A DNA stretch of 64,000 nt from Cyanobacteria bacterium P01_D01_bin.156 (lineage in GTDB: Bacteria; Cyanobacteriota; Cyanobacteriia; Phormidesmidales; Phormidesmidaceae), in contig JBCCQQ010000004.1 of NCBI GenBank assembly GCA_039024555.1, positions 96,001 through 160,000 of the forward strand, in the 5' to 3' direction. Made by a program: the position numbers and the translations under genes. Position 1 is the first letter of the stretch; each line of letters begins with the position of its first letter. The notes beneath the pieces are model-generated. The model did no database searches. It saw only the letters and a list, made by a program, of their open reading frames with translations, and was not told where the DNA came from. Positions 60,866-64,000 of this stretch are shown here, piece after piece.

Positions 60866-62776
60866 ATGACTCTGCTGGCTTTACGGGATATCAATAAGGA
60901 CTTTGGCATTAAAGAAATTCTGCGGAATGCCAGCTTTAGTATCGAGGAAGGAGACCGGGTAGGGCTAATTGGCACTAATGGCTCGGGAAAGTCGACACTG
61001 CTGAAGATGATTGCAGGGCTGGAGCCCATTGATAGTGGCGACGTTTGGAAAAATGCCAGTAGTAAAATCGTTTATCTTCCCCAGCAGCCGAGCTTAGATG
61101 AAGAGCGTACAGTTTTAGAACAAGTTTTTGCCGATAGCGGCGACAGTATGGCTCTAGTGCGTGAATATGAGCTAATTTCGGCAAAGCTTGCAGATGCCAC
61201 GGGTGATACCGATCAGCTAATGGTGATGCTATCGCGGGTGTCTCAGCAAATTGAGCAAGCCAATGCATGGGAACTAGAAACCCAGGCAAAGGTGGTACTG
61301 AGTAAGTTGGGAATTGAGGATTTTAACGCCAAGGTTGGCACACTTTCTGGCGGTTATCGGAAACGAGTTGCGATCGCAACCGCCCTACTGGCCGAACCGG
61401 ACCTCATCCTCATGGATGAACCCACTAACCATTTGGATGCCCTGTCGGTAGAATGGCTCCAGGACTATTTAAGCCGCTATCGGGGGGCGCTGTTTCTAAT
61501 CACCCACGATCGTTACTTTTTAGACCGCGTTACCAACCGTATTTTAGAAATTGATCGGGGTGACCTATATCCCTATAGCGGCAACTACAGCTACTACCTA
61601 GAGAAAAAAGCAGCTCAGGAAGATGCTGCTGTCAGCAGTCAGAAAAAGCATGCAGGGGTGCTTCGGCGCGAACTCAAGTGGCTGCAGCGGGGTGCTAAAG
61701 CCCGAAGTACAAAACAAAAAGCCCGCATTGACCGTATCCATGAAATGCAAGCGACCGAATTTAAACAAGCCCACGGCAATGTTGAAATTGCCACGGCGGG
61801 GCGGCGCATCGGGAAAAAGGTGATTGAGCTAGAGAACGTTACCAAAGGCTATGATGGCCGCACTCTAATTAAAGATTTTTCCTATTTATTTACCCCAGAA
61901 GACCGCATCGGCATTATTGGCCCCAACGGCATCGGTAAATCCACACTAATGAACATTATTACCGGGCGAGAACAACCAGACACAGGGACTGTAGAGATTG
62001 GCTCAACGATCCACATTGGCTATTTTGACCAGTATTCCGATGATGTCAATATCAATGAAAATCAACGGGTTATTGACTACCTCAAGGATGTTGCAGAGCT
62101 CGTCACCACGGCTGATGGCACCGTGATTACGGCATCTAAAATGCTAGAGCGGTTCCTGTTTCCTCCAGATCAGCAGTATGCCCCCATTCATAAACTATCT
62201 GGGGGAGAACGTCGCCGATTATTCCTGTTGCGAGTTTTAATGCAGGCTCCCAATGTACTCATTTTAGACGAGCCCACCAACGATCTAGATGTGCAAACCT
62301 TATCAATTTTAGAAGAGTATTTAGAAGACTTTAACGGCTGTGTCATTGTGGTTTCTCACGATCGCTACTTTCTAGACCGTGTGGTAGACACTGTATTTTC
62401 ATTTGAAGGGTTAGGCAACCTGAAGCAATATCCGGGAAACTATTCTGTTTACTTAGAACATAAAGAAAAAGCTGAGCAAGCAGACAAACTAAAGCAGGAA
62501 GCTGAGGTAAAAACAACCGAAAAGAAACAATCTACCAAGTCTAACTCCAGGTCCAAAAAGGCATCTTACAAAGAAAAGCGTGAGTATACTTCTCTAGAAG
62601 AGAAAATTCCAGCGTTAGAAATGGAAAAAGAAACCCTAGAGAAACAACTGTACATCGATCCGCCAAACAACTATAACGACATGCAAACGCTGTCCCAACG
62701 GTTAGCAGATTTAACGACAGAAATTGATACGGCAACAGAACGGTGGATGGAATTGGCAGAACTCTTGGAAAACTAG
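60866..62776 (+). CDS. ABC-F family ATPase (Uup-like)
   Basis: Two ABC cassettes (GTNGSGKST/LSGG/DEPTNHLD; GPNGIGKST/LSGGE/DEPTNDLD), ARSTKQKARI linker, C-terminal coiled coil, no TM. Confidence 0.93.
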   Translation: MTLLALRDINKDFGIKEILRNASFSIEEGDRVGLIGTNGSGKSTLLKMIAGLEPIDSGDVWKNASSKIVYLPQQPSLDEERTVLEQVFADSGDSMALVREYELISAKLADATGDTDQLMVMLSRVSQQIEQANAWELETQAKVVLSKLGIEDFNAKVGTLSGGYRKRVAIATALLAEPDLILMDEPTNHLDALSVEWLQDYLSRYRGALFLITHDRYFLDRVTNRILEIDRGDLYPYSGNYSYYLEKKAAQEDAAVSSQKKHAGVLRRELKWLQRGAKARSTKQKARIDRIHEMQATEFKQAHGNVEIATAGRRIGKKVIELENVTKGYDGRTLIKDFSYLFTPEDRIGIIGPNGIGKSTLMNIITGREQPDTGTVEIGSTIHIGYFDQYSDDVNINENQRVIDYLKDVAELVTTADGTVITASKMLERFLFPPDQQYAPIHKLSGGERRRLFLLRVLMQAPNVLILDEPTNDLDVQTLSILEEYLEDFNGCVIVVSHDRYFLDRVVDTVFSFEGLGNLKQYPGNYSVYLEHKEKAEQADKLKQEAEVKTTEKKQSTKSNSRSKKASYKEKREYTSLEEKIPALEMEKETLEKQLYIDPPNNYNDMQTLSQRLADLTTEIDTATERWMELAELLEN

Positions 62777-63204
62777 CAAAAGCCATAGTCATTGATAATG
62801 TCTTGCTGTTTGAGAGTTTCCAGAAAAGTTGTTGTTATAGGATCATTGAAGGCAGCGCAGTTGAATGTATCGTAGGTTGCGATCGCAACTTTATCACCGA
62901 TTTCAAGCTCCAAATGCATAATGTTGCAATCAAGCTGTTCTTCATCCGTTAAAACGTTCACCAGAGATTCTACAGAACTTCGCTCCACAGATAACAGATA
63001 GCCAGTACCTGCAAGCTGGCTATTGCTACCAGCAAACGGGGACGCTGAAAGCTTTAGTTGAACAGCTGAAAGCTGACTCAAGTCATACTCATCGACTAAC
63101 CACAGCGCCAGACGAATCGGCTCGTTAGCAAACCCGACTGTAATAGCTCTCAGTAAATCTCCGATACAGTCTGCATAGATATCAATAAAGCCTTGATAAG
63201 CCAT
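62773..63204 (-). CDS. Hypothetical protein
   Basis: 143-aa ATG ORF, start overlaps the upstream stop (TAATG). Confidence 0.65.
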   Translation of the reverse strand: MAYQGFIDIYADCIGDLLRAITVGFANEPIRLALWLVDEYDLSQLSAVQLKLSASPFAGSNSQLAGTGYLLSVERSSVESLVNVLTDEEQLDCNIMHLELEIGDKVAIATYDTFNCAAFNDPITTTFLETLKQQDIINDYGFC

Positions 63205-63488
63205 TACTGTTTTCTTAGAAAGTCGACTTCAGGCACCAGCGGATCGTTGACTACACCCACGCCATCATAGCCCCAGCGGTCCATCATTTGCTTGAGCTGC
63301 TGGCCACTAATGGGCTCCACAGCAAAACGGTCTGCAACTTCAGCAGCATGCCGATTCACGTAGCTAAGGGCCTCATAGTCAGCATTAAACAGCATTAAAA
63401 ATCCCTTTGACTCTTGATTTCGGGGTTTTGCAGCTAAATATTGTCCATCGTGAGTAGAGCGGAGTAGATAGTAAGATTTACTGAACAT
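63204..63488 (-). CDS. Conserved hypothetical protein
   Basis: YYLLRS..DG.YL.A, F..DYEALSY.N.H, RWG..GVG.V.DPL.P pattern; GGAG RBS. Confidence 0.75.
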   Translation of the reverse strand: MFSKSYYLLRSTHDGQYLAAKPRNQESKGFLMLFNADYEALSYVNRHAAEVADRFAVEPISGQQLKQMMDRWGYDGVGVVNDPLVPEVDFLRKQ

Positions 63489-63637
63489 AAAGTCTGTATG
63501 GCTTTATCTCCTACGCTAAAAGATAAGTATCAAATGGATGAAGTTTTTGTTGTGAAGCTTAATCCATATCAGTAATTTGCGTTCAAGCTGTTGATACAGT
63601 AACCAGCTAATTAAATCGATATGCCCCAGTTTTAGAA

Positions 63638-63991
63638 ATGTTTAAAGTCCCTAAACCCAAAAGAATAAAACTCTTGTCAGGAACACGATTAATCATGCGT
63701 ATCAACATTATTATCCTGATGGGCATCTATTGTGCCTTTTTTTTATACGATCAGTCCGTTGGAGGAACTGTTTATATATTTAGGGAAGCCCTTCCTTCAG
63801 CTTATGGAGCCTTGGTTTTATTGCTCTACTATGGAATTAACTGGATAACACTATGGCAGTTGTTATATGTTATTCCACTTTTTATATGGCTACATTATTC
63901 AAGACGTAAAACCATGGCTAAAGGTGTTATTGTAGGCGAATTTTTAGTAAGCTTAGTCTCGGTTTTAGTCTTTATTTCTTTGGCTCTTTAA
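63638..63991 (+). CDS. Hypothetical membrane protein (AT-rich)
   Basis: Several TM segments, QLLYVIPL and AKGVIVG; start may be the internal Met. Confidence 0.6.
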   Translation: MFKVPKPKRIKLLSGTRLIMRINIIILMGIYCAFFLYDQSVGGTVYIFREALPSAYGALVLLLYYGINWITLWQLLYVIPLFIWLHYSRRKTMAKGVIVGEFLVSLVSVLVFISLAL

Positions 63992-64000
63992 TTCTTTAGA

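Larger units (their letters stand above)
1..64000. repeat. HIP1 octamer GCGATCGC dispersed through the window
   Basis: Many occurrences (e.g. near 1722, 3902, 5532, 7959, 13709, 20573, 30137, 31633, 47796, 52954, 62878); standard cyanobacterial signature. Confidence 0.9.

Overview
64-kb window of a cyanobacterial chromosome (frequent HIP1 octamer GCGATCGC; psbX, ycf66, ycf19, ycf34, ftn2, ctpA-type protease, ispG). Gene style suggests a filamentous non-heterocystous strain, but that is inference. Most of the window is core genes: uvrC, arfB, secDF, pdhAB, rlmN, pyrH-frr, pgsA, lysC, NDH-2, a tRNA nucleotidyltransferase and an ABC-F ATPase. I found no rRNA, tRNA, CRISPR array or intact transposase. 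The most interesting part is a minus-strand module at about 24.45-28.6 kb. It holds a NarL-like response regulator translationally coupled to a CHASE2 histidine kinase, followed by a small secreted-peptide gene (signal peptide plus GFEPPPPDPNRTTGRTGSSSR, resembling the Pro/Gly/Arg N-terminal motif of DUF928 proteins but with no DUF928 domain). Two further small ORFs absent from the ORF track (47 aa and 40 aa, both with RBS) and a terminator follow. I propose this is a candidate peptide-signalling cassette. Other signals read from the sequence: a decayed second copy of the ECF sigma region 4, a nonsense-disrupted gene remnant after uvrC, two copies of a 92-93 bp palindromic dispersed repeat, loop-less perfect palindromes, an orphan internally shortened GvpN-like ATPase, a probable WD40 pseudokinase and several small membrane-protein genes.
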